Part shown: positions 51,195 through 59,145 of the stretch, one piece after another | Numbering within the stretch: position 1 is the first letter of the stretch | Layout: each line of letters opens with the position of its first letter | Virus record (IMG/VR): IMGVR_UViG_3300012988_000001 | Location: 248,001-312,000 of that record | DNA: 64,000 nucleotides | Strand: one strand, 5' to 3' | Position numbers and translations under genes: made by a program | Notes under the pieces: generated by a model | Databases searched by the model: none | The model's input: only the letters and a program-made list of their open reading frames with translations | Told to the model about the DNA's origin: nothing

Positions 51195-51572
51195 ATGACA
51201 TTTGATGATTTTGAAGTATACGTAAGACGTGAAATTGAGAATTATCTAAACCGCCCTGAGAGTAAAAGTATTTCACAGTGTTTTCACTTTGACAGTACTC
51301 AATACTTAGTGCTAAAATGGCGTAATACACCAAATACAGCAGATGTACGTTTCTCAATCAATTATGATTATGAAGATATGTATATTGAATTCACACTCAT
51401 TGTTGAGTATGATACTGGTGAAGACGAAGATGATCATCACAGTCAAGGTACTGTACATGATATACCAACATCTGAAGAAGAATACTTTCAAAAGAGTACA
51501 GTACAAGATTTAGGTTTCCGTTGGGAATTCTACCAGTACTTGTATGACTTCTTTGAAAAGCAAAGAACCTAA
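51195..51572 (+). CDS. Hypothetical protein, FQ-motif family
   Basis: TSEEEYFQKSTVQD. Confidence 0.75.
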   Translation: MTFDDFEVYVRREIENYLNRPESKSISQCFHFDSTQYLVLKWRNTPNTADVRFSINYDYEDMYIEFTLIVEYDTGEDEDDHHSQGTVHDIPTSEEEYFQKSTVQDLGFRWEFYQYLYDFFEKQRT

Positions 51573-51577
51573 ATTAT

Positions 51578-51659
51578 TGGGGAGTGGCAGAGCGGTCGAT
51601 TGCACCAGACTGTAAATCTGGCATACCACGCGTTGGTTCGAATCCAACCTCCCCAACCA
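51578..51659 (+). tRNA. tRNA-Tyr(GTA)
   Basis: TGGGGAG/CTCCCCA; CCAGA-CTGTAAA-TCTGG; CCA. Confidence 0.9.
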
Positions 51660-51677
51660 TTAAGAAAAGAATTGACA

Positions 51678-51929
51678 ATGAACACAAATTTTGAGACAAT
51701 ATGTGCACTTGCTCAAGGTATTATCGACGCAACGATTGATATGCCAGAGCAGTACGCACAGAAGATTGAAGAACTAGCAGCGACTATCGTTACAGTAGCT
51801 TCAATGGCTGAAGGTATCCCAACTGCTAAAACGATTGATAGTCGTGATCTTGTTGAGGGTCGTAATGATCTTGGTGATGGGATTGTTGCTTATCGCGAAG
51901 GTAATGAAATTCGCCTAGCTCGTGATTAA
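51678..51929 (+). CDS. Hypothetical protein, paralog of 52280
   Basis: MPEQYAQKIEELAATIVTVASM; start moved out of the tRNA. Confidence 0.65.
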   Translation: MNTNFETICALAQGIIDATIDMPEQYAQKIEELAATIVTVASMAEGIPTAKTIDSRDLVEGRNDLGDGIVAYREGNEIRLARD

Positions 51930-52034
51930 GTAATATACTGGTTAAGCTCATAGACGTTCCTTGTAACGGGAATAAGGGTTAACAGTACCGAACGTTATCG
52001 AGTAACCCCGAAAGACCCAAAGGTATATTACTTA
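51927..52034 (+). ncRNA. Candidate structured ncRNA
   Basis: 12-bp closing stem TAAGTAATATAC/GTATATTACTTA; internal GGGTT/AACCC and TTCC/GGAA. Confidence 0.45.
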
Positions 52035-52050
52035 CCTAACTGGAGAGCAT

Positions 52051-52278
52051 ATGTCAGTACTAAACAATAACTATTTCAGATTAAAAACTGAATTTGAAGT
52101 TCAAGTTGATATAAAATATATTGGTAATAATACATTTTCATATACTATTGATTCTAGTAATGTTGCAACTCCAGCACTTAAAGAATTGAAAACATTATTG
52201 TACTTTGAACCAAAAAGTGGAATACTACATGGGGTTGTAAAATTCTATGGTAAAGTTCCAGATGAGTTTGGAGATTGA
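52051..52278 (+). CDS. Hypothetical protein
   Basis: GGAG RBS. Confidence 0.6.
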   Translation: MSVLNNNYFRLKTEFEVQVDIKYIGNNTFSYTIDSSNVATPALKELKTLLYFEPKSGILHGVVKFYGKVPDEFGD

Positions 52279-52279
52279 A

Positions 52280-52597
52280 ATGTCAGTACATAAAGAAGTA
52301 GTAAATAAATTAGAAGAACTTCTTGAGATAGTCAAAGTACTTCCTCAAGGATATCAATATAAAGTACGTGAATTAAGTGCTTGTATTGAAACAGTAGTAT
52401 CTATGTATGATGACGTACAACGGGGTATCATTCCTGAAGTACTGATCAAAATGCGTAACGGTGAACCAATGGATGAGATTCCAGAGGAACACCACAAAGA
52501 ACAAGATGTAGAAAGTGTCCCAGTACTGGAGTCTGAAACAGATATCTCTAAGCCTGTAAAGACTAAGTTAGTACTAGGTAAAAACACTTCTCTATAA
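52280..52597 (+). CDS. Hypothetical protein, paralog of 51678
   Basis: LPQGYQYKVRELSACIETVVSM; GGAG RBS. Confidence 0.65.
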   Translation: MSVHKEVVNKLEELLEIVKVLPQGYQYKVRELSACIETVVSMYDDVQRGIIPEVLIKMRNGEPMDEIPEEHHKEQDVESVPVLESETDISKPVKTKLVLGKNTSL

Positions 52598-52604
52598 CCT
52601 GTTT

Positions 52605-52663
52605 TGGAATCTAACAGCAAATTATATAAAATACATTTGGCGTAATTAAAAAGACAGATTCCA
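52605..52663 (+). repeat. AACAGCAA stem-loop element, copy 3
   Basis: TGGAATCT-AACAGCAA...AGATTCCA. Confidence 0.65.
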
Positions 52664-52671
52664 GTTAAAAC

Positions 52672-52722
52672 GAAATCCAACAGCAATTTAATTTTTCGGT
52701 ATAAAAAACAAAAATGGATTTC
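52672..52722 (+). repeat. AACAGCAA stem-loop element, copy 4
   Basis: GAAATCCA-ACAGCAA...TGGATTTC. Confidence 0.65.
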
Positions 52723-52727
52723 AGTAT

Positions 52728-52808
52728 CGGTGTGTAGCTCAGTCTGGTCAGAGCACTCCGTTTGGGACGGAGGGGTTTTCAGAGGTTCGAATCCTCTCAC
52801 ACCGACCA
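52728..52808 (+). tRNA. tRNA-Pro(TGG)
   Basis: CGGTGTG/CACACCG; CTCCG-TTTGGGA-CGGAG; CCA. Confidence 0.92.
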
Positions 52809-52847
52809 CGTAGTTACGATAAATACTCTAAACAATGGAGTATTATC

Positions 52848-53417
52848 GTGAAACAATTTACAAAAGAAGAATTAATCAACGCAACAAGAAATGCGACTCG
52901 TAAGACACATGTCTATACTAATTTGGGAATTAATAAGCCAAATGGTAATATGATAAAAAAAGTACAAAACCAATATGACCATCATCAACTAGATTTGAAT
53001 GAAATGCTATATTGGAATATGTATACAGTTAAAACGTGTCCAGTTTGTGATGAAGAGTTTGTTGTATCTCAAAAGGTAGAACAAGCTAGACCTAAAATGA
53101 CTTGCTCGTATGCATGTTCTAATACCCATTTTAGAAGTGGTATTAATAATGGTTCTCATCAGAAATCACTTAACGGTGGGTTGAATAGTTCAAGTCATTA
53201 TCGTACTATATGTTTCCATCATCATGAGAAGAAATGTATTATTTGCGGTGAAGACAAAATAGTTGCTGTACATCATTATGATGAAAATCATTATAATAAT
53301 GCAGCAGAGAATTTAATCCCAATGTGTCCTACGCATCATCAATATATGCATAGCTCATACAAAGATTTAATTCAAAAACAAGTTGACGATTATGTGAAAA
53401 CATGGTCTAATACTTAA
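52848..53417 (+). CDS. HNH homing endonuclease
   Basis: CIICG...VAVHHYDENHYNNAAENLIPMCPTHH. Confidence 0.85.
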   Translation: MKQFTKEELINATRNATRKTHVYTNLGINKPNGNMIKKVQNQYDHHQLDLNEMLYWNMYTVKTCPVCDEEFVVSQKVEQARPKMTCSYACSNTHFRSGINNGSHQKSLNGGLNSSSHYRTICFHHHEKKCIICGEDKIVAVHHYDENHYNNAAENLIPMCPTHHQYMHSSYKDLIQKQVDDYVKTWSNT

Positions 53418-53423
53418 ATCGGA

Positions 53424-53499
53424 GGTCGGTTAGCTCAGTCGGTAGAGCGAAACACTGTTAATGTTGAGGTCGCGTGTTCGAGCCACGCACCGACCGCCA
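53424..53499 (+). tRNA. tRNA-Asn(GTT)
   Basis: GGTCGGT/ACCGACC; loop CTGTTAA; CCA. Confidence 0.9.
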
Positions 53500-53505
53500 C
53501 AATTT

Positions 53506-53581
53506 GGTCCTATAGTTTCAGCGGTAAAAATACTCGCCTGTCACGCGAATGTCGCGGGTTCGAATCCCGCTAGGACCGCCA
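53506..53581 (+). tRNA. tRNA-Asp(GTC)
   Basis: GGTCCTA/TAGGACC; loop CTGTCAC; CCA. Confidence 0.92.
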
Positions 53582-53592
53582 CTTTATGAGGA

Positions 53593-53790
53593 ATGTTTAT
53601 GACAAACGTTCGAGTACTGCTAGTGTTCACGCCAGCAGAAAATGAATCATCACTTGATACCTTTTCGGTAAAACTTGATGAGAATGAAAATTTGACAGAA
53701 GATATCAAAGCTGATATACTTCGATCATATTTTCAAAATTCCAAACGCACCACTGCGGAATTGGAAAGAATTCAATTTAGTATTGAATAA
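53593..53790 (+). CDS. Hypothetical protein
   Basis: GAGG RBS; lies between tRNAs. Confidence 0.55.
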   Translation: MFMTNVRVLLVFTPAENESSLDTFSVKLDENENLTEDIKADILRSYFQNSKRTTAELERIQFSIE

Positions 53791-53791
53791 T

Positions 53792-53868
53792 GCGTTGTTA
53801 GCTCAGTTGGTAGAGCAGGGAACTTTTAATTCTCATGTCGCAAGGTTCGATTCCTGCACGACGCACCA
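53792..53868 (+). tRNA. tRNA-Lys(TTT)
   Basis: GCGTTGT/ACGACGC; GGGAA-CTTTTAA-TTCTC; CCA. Confidence 0.88.
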
Positions 53869-53870
53869 CT

Positions 53871-53945
53871 ACTCTATTCGTCTATCGGTTAGGACGTTGG
53901 CCTTTCACGCCAGAAAGAACAGTTCGATTCTGTTATAGAGTACCA
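53871..53945 (+). tRNA. tRNA-Glu(TTC)
   Basis: ACTCTAT/ATAGAGT; loop CTTTCAC; CCA. Confidence 0.9.
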
Positions 53946-53948
53946 CAT

Positions 53949-54034
53949 TTACTGTTAGCTCAGATGGTAGAGCGGTTGTACTGGTGAGACTCCAGACAAA
54001 AGGGACACTGGTTCGATGCCAGTACAGTAAACCA
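53949..54034 (+). tRNA. Non-canonical tRNA with an extended anticodon arm (identity undetermined)
   Basis: Perfect acceptor TTACTGT/ACAGTAA, D-arm, T-arm and CCA; anticodon arm TTGT-A-CTGG-TGAGACT-CCAG-ACAA. Confidence 0.65.
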
Positions 54035-54038
54035 CAAT

Positions 54039-54114
54039 GCGTGATGATAGTTCAGTGTCAGAATATTTCCCTTTAGGATTCGGCAACGGTTAGATTCCGT
54101 TGATTCACGCTCCA
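54039..54114 (+). ncRNA. tRNA-like RNA with a reduced anticodon arm
   Basis: GCGTGA/TCACGC-T-CCA; T-arm AACGG-TTAGATT-CCGTT; TCC-CTTTA-GGA. Confidence 0.55.
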
Positions 54115-54120
54115 AACATG

Positions 54121-54304
54121 TTGGTGTAGATTAATCTGCATGGCAACGGGGAGAAATCCCACTCAGCAGGAGAGCAATGTAACAACTATGGTCGTGGCCG
54201 ATTCCTGCCGACCCGCTTAGTACTCGTAAGGTACTAAACGATTATAAGTACAGAAGTATAAGGGCAGCGGTGTATACCAAATTGACGATACTATTTCTGT
54301 ACTT
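54121..54304 (+). ncRNA. Candidate structured ncRNA
   Basis: TTGGTGTA/TATACCAA, GCAGGA/TCCTGC, TTAGTAC/GTACTAA, AAGTACAGAAGTA/TATTTCTGTACTT. Confidence 0.45.
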
Positions 54305-54313
54305 TCTTTTTAT

Positions 54314-54403
54314 GGTAACAGATAACCAATTCTTGCAGTAATCCAGAGGGAGTGTATGCTGGGAGGGGGATATCTTGGAGTGAAAATCTTCATGTTACCT
54401 GCA
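54314..54403 (+). ncRNA. tRNA-like RNA (acceptor and T-arm only)
   Basis: GGTAACA/TGTTACC stacked on TGGAG-TGAAAAT-CTTCA; ends in TGCA. Confidence 0.45.
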
Positions 54404-54405
54404 TT

Positions 54406-54540
54406 GCGTGACGTTACGTAGAGCACCGAACAGATATCCTAAGTCAGTCTAGAAATACTTAGGAAGGAGTTAGTGTTATCTAGGGTATCATACGAGGTTG
54501 ATCGCTCGTTGGTGTGGTTCGAGTCCACGGTTACGTACCA
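54406..54540 (+). ncRNA. CCA-ended tRNA-like stable RNA, about 135 nt
   Basis: GCGTGAC/GTTACGT-A-CCA; T-arm TGTGG-TTCGAGT-CCACG; TCCTAAGT/ACTTAGGA and ACGAG/CTCGT. Confidence 0.65.
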
Positions 54541-54542
54541 CT

Positions 54543-54690
54543 TAAATCATTTACCTTTAGACTGTAGTTCGAAATGCAGAATATTGGGGTACATAACATC
54601 GCTTAAGGACTTCGTTTAGCGGCGAAGGGGATACGTGCAAGGGTTATGAAGAAAATACCGGGAACGACTGGCTATGCCTTAGATGATTTA
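54543..54690 (+). ncRNA. Candidate structured ncRNA with a T-loop-like hairpin
   Basis: TAAATCATTTA/TAGATGATTTA closing stem; CTGTA-GTTCGAAA-TGCAG; CATAAC/GTTATG. Confidence 0.5.
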
Positions 54691-54713
54691 TTTTTAATTA
54701 AAGGAGTACTGAA

Positions 54714-55106
54714 ATGCTTCATGACTTAATAGAGTTGTATTATTATATTAAGAATCTCGATAAGATTGATAACGCAATATATAGTTGGCGTTTTGAAACA
54801 TGTGGCATATTACATTATCTGGATTTGAAACAGGTAATGAATCCTCACACTGGTGAGATATATCTTGCCATCAAATTATATGTAACATCACAGGATTCAA
54901 ATTTTAAGAGTTCTAGTATTCGAGTTGATCCTAATCGAGTTGTATATAGAGATTCATATGCTCAATTATACACTACCAACCACGAAGGTGCTTTGACTGA
55001 TGAGAATGCAGATTATCTGTTAACTTGTCTCAGTACTGAAGAGGTTAACGCTATTGGTTGCATCTATGATGAAATCAATGCTTTATATAAACGGAGTCGT
55101 GTATGA
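54714..55106 (+). CDS. Hypothetical protein, tandem paralog of 55103
   Basis: MLHDLIELYYYIK...LTDENADYLL..LSTEEV. Confidence 0.7.
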   Translation: MLHDLIELYYYIKNLDKIDNAIYSWRFETCGILHYLDLKQVMNPHTGEIYLAIKLYVTSQDSNFKSSSIRVDPNRVVYRDSYAQLYTTNHEGALTDENADYLLTCLSTEEVNAIGCIYDEINALYKRSRV

Positions 55107-55501
55107 TCCAAGACTTAATTGATGTTTATTATTACATTAAAAGCGTTGATGACCTTCAAGACCTTGAGGGTTGGGCATTTACTGCCGCCACGTCATCCCA
55201 TGCGATAACAATTGTCCCAACGTGGAATGCAACGTATACTGATCGTAAATGGGAAATTAAAATAACCACTGGTAACATAAATGATTATCGGTGGATTTTT
55301 TTGACCAAAAATCAGGTAGAAGTATTCCATTACTGGAAATATCGTTACGCAATATCAATTCCCGGATTAATCACCGAGAATGAATCTGATATGTTGATGA
55401 AATTCATCAGTACTAATGAGATTTCTATTATAAATCAGATCTTACTTGAAATGCGTAAATTAGAGAACAGGAGCGTTCCTTATGAACGAACTAAATCGTA
55501 A
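55103..55501 (+). CDS. Hypothetical protein, tandem paralog of 54714
   Basis: MIQDLIDVYYYIK...ITENESDMLM..ISTNEI. Confidence 0.7.
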   Translation: MIQDLIDVYYYIKSVDDLQDLEGWAFTAATSSHAITIVPTWNATYTDRKWEIKITTGNINDYRWIFLTKNQVEVFHYWKYRYAISIPGLITENESDMLMKFISTNEISIINQILLEMRKLENRSVPYERTKS

Positions 55502-55997
55502 TAGAGATTACTTCAAACTATTGGCTGAAGAGTTTAGCCATGATATGATTGATGTTCTTTCTGATGAACCGTGTTTTACTGTTGACTTTTGGAATGGGGA
55601 AGAGTATGATTTTAACATCATAGACAACCAAAGTTATCTCCGTGACTATTGTCCGAATTTCACAGGTGACGTTCATCTCTTTACAAACAAGATCCATGTA
55701 TGTTATACTCCTGATAACGGCGACATTGAATTGCGTGAGATGTTCCACTTCAATACGTCCGAGTACGGTGTACCGTCCGAGTACTGCAAAGATGAGATTC
55801 ATGATAGTGATGCAAATATTATCATTATCAAGAAAGATACTTTCTGGTACAATGACGAAGAGTACAGAATGGGAAGTACAGAAGAAGAACGTTTCCAACT
55901 TTCCTGTACTGATTTGGGGTACTTCATTGAAGTACTAAATGAAGTGAAACGTTTTATCCTAGAGGATATTGAAGATCATGGAAAACCAGAAGTATAA
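55482..55997 (+). CDS. Hypothetical protein, FQ-motif family
   Basis: STEEERFQLSCTD. Confidence 0.72.
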   Translation: MNELNRNRDYFKLLAEEFSHDMIDVLSDEPCFTVDFWNGEEYDFNIIDNQSYLRDYCPNFTGDVHLFTNKIHVCYTPDNGDIELREMFHFNTSEYGVPSEYCKDEIHDSDANIIIIKKDTFWYNDEEYRMGSTEEERFQLSCTDLGYFIEVLNEVKRFILEDIEDHGKPEV

Positions 55998-56397
55998 AGA
56001 AATGTTTCAAAATATGCTATTTGATGCAGACTTCGAATTCGGCTTTGTAAGCGGTTCTAATTATAAGTTCTTCATCAAGGCGGCTGGCTATCGCATCACT
56101 TGGGATCGTTTGGCACATACTATCGAATTGCCATCCCTTGATGAAGCAGGTTCAGTACGAACGAATGCTAAATCTTCGCATGGCATGACTCCTGCACAAA
56201 TGGTCAACCTATTAAAAGGTCAGTCAACTAAGCAGGAGTACTACATCCCTACTTCACAAGAAGACGAGTTCCAAGCTAGTACTGCTAGGGTTGGTAACAT
56301 ATTACCATTTGTGTTAGTAGAACATCTTGAACGCTTACTTAGTGTTGCACAGGAATGTATTTCTCGGTACTCAATTGATGAGAGGAAGTATAAATGA
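55978..56397 (+). CDS. Hypothetical protein, FQ-motif family
   Basis: TSQEDEFQASTA. Confidence 0.7.
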   Translation: MENQKYKEMFQNMLFDADFEFGFVSGSNYKFFIKAAGYRITWDRLAHTIELPSLDEAGSVRTNAKSSHGMTPAQMVNLLKGQSTKQEYYIPTSQEDEFQASTARVGNILPFVLVEHLERLLSVAQECISRYSIDERKYK

Positions 56398-56654
56398 AAG
56401 ATGCACACGGCATTGAGATTACAGAAGGTTGTACTCTCATGTTCGCACAGCGTGAACCAGACAAATGGAATCCACGTGATATGATTTTCCGTAAAGTAGA
56501 GAAGATTGATCCCGCCTTTGGTGGTCGTATCATCTTTGAAGACAAAAACCAAAATAGCATTGCTTACAAGCAAAACATCACAACTCTCCGTGTAGTATCG
56601 GAAAGTTTTGTAAAGGCTTGGGAAAGTGGTGAATTGTTTATGAGGGAATTCTAA
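56394..56654 (+). CDS. Hypothetical protein
   Basis: GAGG RBS; coupled. Confidence 0.65.
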   Translation: MKDAHGIEITEGCTLMFAQREPDKWNPRDMIFRKVEKIDPAFGGRIIFEDKNQNSIAYKQNITTLRVVSESFVKAWESGELFMREF

Positions 56655-56896
56655 TGAGTAATAAGTACTTTGTACGTTATAGTTACAATGTAACCAACAA
56701 GGTTCCACGTGGTGATGGTCTTGGTTGGGGTTATGAAACTGAACAAGTGACCGATTCTTGTGTATGTGAAATCGATCCAGAGCATATTGATATATCTGAA
56801 GTACGTCATACTGTACTTCGTTATGAACTCAATTATTTGGGTGAACGTAAACCAGATGCATATGATATTGATATTTTAGTACTGAATAAACTATGA
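56654..56896 (+). CDS. Hypothetical protein
   Basis: Coupled ORF. Confidence 0.65.
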   Translation: MSNKYFVRYSYNVTNKVPRGDGLGWGYETEQVTDSCVCEIDPEHIDISEVRHTVLRYELNYLGERKPDAYDIDILVLNKL

Positions 56897-57065
56897 TTAA
56901 CTATATCTTTCGTGTAAGGGGTAAAGGTATTGTTCCCGGATTGACAGTTGTTCGTGCGTACACTGCAACTGATGCTCGTGAAATGCTACTAGCTGAATTC
57001 AGCAAGCCCGAAGACGTTACGATCACTTTGGTTGAATGTAGTCAAGAATTATCGTTTTTAAACTA

Positions 57066-57167
57066 GGACATATTGCGTGATCTGGTTTTATCGTGTAGAA
57101 TGAGGCTAAAATCATTTGTAAATGCGTTAGAAGCGGAGTCGGGGTTGAATTCCCCGAATGTCCACCA
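57066..57167 (+). ncRNA. CCA-ended tRNA-like RNA, about 102 nt
   Basis: GGACAT/ATGTCC-A-CCA; T-arm CGGGG-TTGAATT-CCCCG; no canonical anticodon arm. Confidence 0.6.
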
Positions 57168-57169
57168 CC

Positions 57170-57257
57170 GGGAGAGTGATGGAAAGGCATACATAGGCAT
57201 CTCCAGTGTCTTAGTCTTGATGACAATGCAAGGTTCGAGTCCTTGTCTCTCCCACCA
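57170..57257 (+). tRNA. tRNA with a Leu-type body and an aberrant anticodon loop
   Basis: GGGAGAG/CTCTCCC-A-CCA; Leu-type D-loop and variable arm; GGCAT-CTCCA-GTGTC (5-nt loop). Confidence 0.6.
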
Positions 57258-57264
57258 AACAATA

Positions 57265-57388
57265 ATACCTATCATCTAATATCAGTACTGGTGGCGTGTC
57301 GTCGAGGACGATGGACAGTACTGACAGGATACCTCGTTCGCCAGCAGTGGGTTCGGGGGATGTACGTAAAGTCGTGCTGGGTATGCCA
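57265..57388 (+). ncRNA. CCA-ended tRNA-like stable RNA, about 124 nt
   Basis: ATACCTA/TGGGTAT-G-CCA; GTACG-TAAAGT-CGTGC; TCAGTACTG/CAGTACTGA stem. Confidence 0.55.
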
Positions 57389-57405
57389 AATTATTTAAAA
57401 AACTT

Positions 57406-57434
57406 GGGACAAAACATGAATTTTGTCCTATAAT
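57406..57434 (+). promoter_or_regulatory. GGGACA-class promoter with internal inverted repeat
   Basis: GGGACAAAA-CATGAA-TTTTGTCC-TATAAT. Confidence 0.75.
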
Positions 57435-57455
57435 ATACGTACAAGAGGAAATGAT

Positions 57456-57671
57456 ATGAAAGCTAAAAACCTGCTGGCGATGTTACAAAACAACCCAGAA
57501 GCTGAAATTATTATGCGTGAGCAAGGCTACGAAGTTGATGCGTTCAACGAAGTGTCCACCGCTCATTTGTACCGCCAAGGTGATGTTGTTTTTGAACGTG
57601 GTGAAAACTTCACTGATTTCATCGATGATGAAACCGCAGAGGCTTTAGTCGATATCATCGTCCTATCATAA
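57456..57671 (+). CDS. Hypothetical protein
   Basis: ATG after GAGGA. Confidence 0.65.
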   Translation: MKAKNLLAMLQNNPEAEIIMREQGYEVDAFNEVSTAHLYRQGDVVFERGENFTDFIDDETAEALVDIIVLS

Positions 57672-57705
57672 ATTGTAAATTTGCTAATTGGAGAATCCAA
57701 AGAAT

Positions 57706-58287
57706 ATGAAATTAACCCTACGTAAAGCTCATCGTTTAGTTAAAGACCTACAGAACAAGTTAGGTGTTCGTAATGTTTCCAAGAACATTCACCACAGTGC
57801 TGACCTTGCTGAAGTAACAGCAACCATTGCACTTGTCGAAGGTCTAAACCGTGCTAGTGTTGAACAAACCCTAGACGTAGCAACAGCGATTAGTGAAATC
57901 CGTGCAGCAGTACAAGTACTAAACGCTCGTGACGTAGATGGTGATACCATCGATTCTCTACTAAACGCTAAGGTTCTAGTAGAAACCAAGATGAAAGTAC
58001 TTTCATCATTCGCGTATCCTACACAGCAGGATCAAGAAGGCCGTGAACTAGCGATTCGTCGCCAAGTTTCTGACGTTGCGAAACACGCTGGCTCAGGCAT
58101 GTACCACAACGAAGTAACTGTTAGTGGTCACAGTGTTGATTCACATACCCTATTCAATGAACAGTACGTTGCATTGAAACAGGAACAAGAACGCATTAGC
58201 GATAAGCTAGCGTACATCAATAACGCTCTACACGTAGAGATTGATGACAAGTATCTTGAACTATTCAAGACACTACAAGTTTTATAA
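57706..58287 (+). CDS. Long coiled-coil protein (loosely DIP1984-like architecture)
   Basis: MKLTLRKAHRLVKDLQ N-terminus, ISEIRAAVQVLN, C-terminal ISDKLAYIN..LHVEID. Confidence 0.7.
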   Translation: MKLTLRKAHRLVKDLQNKLGVRNVSKNIHHSADLAEVTATIALVEGLNRASVEQTLDVATAISEIRAAVQVLNARDVDGDTIDSLLNAKVLVETKMKVLSSFAYPTQQDQEGRELAIRRQVSDVAKHAGSGMYHNEVTVSGHSVDSHTLFNEQYVALKQEQERISDKLAYINNALHVEIDDKYLELFKTLQVL

Positions 58288-58302
58288 GGTAGCTTAACCG
58301 CT

Positions 58303-58547
58303 GACCTCCCTTTACCGAAAGGGCATATAGATGTTAAATCTATACTTTACATGGTATGAAAGATTGTCTGAGGACACTTTTTCGAATAAAGAGTTTGCTG
58401 CCATCTACACTATTTTACAGATTATTTCTTGCTTGTTTGTGAAATGGCTTAACTCGATTGTCCGGTTGCTATGTTGCATGTTTGCATTGTTGCTTCGCTC
58501 TTTCGGTAACGTATCTTGGTCCCGTTCTGATGTAAATAGAATGGGAC
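58303..58547 (+). ncRNA. Structured TTG-rich 3' RNA element
   Basis: 13-bp stem TTACCGAAAGGGC(58312)/GCTCTTTCGGTAA(58497) enclosing a TTG-repeat tract; downstream GTCCCGTTCT/AGAATGGGAC hairpin. Confidence 0.5.
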
Positions 58548-58575
58548 ACCCTATTAATTTAAACACGAGGTGCTT

Positions 58576-59145
58576 ATGAATCTTGAGAAGTTTAATCCAA
58601 AGAAAGTAAAAGACCTACCATTGCGAAAGTATAATCTAATGCTTCTGGATGGACGATATATGCAGTGTATGGAATTGGAATATGTTGAAGACGGTCCAAT
58701 GACACAAACTGTTTATTACTTTGTTAGTACTGACAGGCAAACGAAAGTAACACCGAAAGAGGTTGAATCGTTTTGTCGCTATATTCATTTTGATTATGTA
58801 GCAGTTGGTAATGGATTTGCTCTCACTAAAAACGGTTCAAAGATATTTCGTGAAAACGTGTATGGTGTAATTGAAAACGAACAATATGCACAGCACTTCA
58901 TTATTAATATGAACAATAACGCAAACACTTACACTCCTGATACAATTCATCGTAATGATATCGTTGAATGTATTGACGGTCATTTCTACAATGGTGATAA
59001 AGCCATTGTTACTGAAGTACGCAAACCGTATGATGTAGAAGACCACGGAACCGTTGAAGTGTATATGCTTGATAAGAAGTTTTTTGAGCACTTCACTTAC
59101 ACCGGATGGAATCAATTCTTGAAGGTGGTGGAAAAATACGACTAA
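58576..59145 (+). CDS. Hypothetical protein
   Basis: GAGG RBS. Confidence 0.7.
   Translation: MNLEKFNPKKVKDLPLRKYNLMLLDGRYMQCMELEYVEDGPMTQTVYYFVSTDRQTKVTPKEVESFCRYIHFDYVAVGNGFALTKNGSKIFRENVYGVIENEQYAQHFIINMNNNANTYTPDTIHRNDIVECIDGHFYNGDKAIVTEVRKPYDVEDHGTVEVYMLDKKFFEHFTYTGWNQFLKVVEKYD

Noticed and set aside
51927-52034. Hammerhead or pistol ribozyme
   Set aside because: No CTGATGA core opposite GAAA, and the pistol consensus is not matched.
50887-52722. CRISPR or mini-array interpretation of the AACAGCAA repeats
   Set aside because: The repeats are short, dispersed and irregularly spaced, each is closed by its own complement, and there are no cas genes in the window.
54039-54114. Ochre (TTA) suppressor tRNA
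   Set aside because: The CTTTAGG loop register has no supporting 5-bp stem, and TAA is used normally as a stop codon throughout the window.
54406-57167. tmRNA call for the elements at 54406 and 57066
   Set aside because: They are only about 135 and 102 nt long, with no G3:U70 alanine pair and no tag ORF.
58331-58579. 82-aa ORF in the track
   Set aside because: No RBS and atypical Leu/Cys/Phe composition produced by the TTG-rich tract; better explained as a structured RNA.
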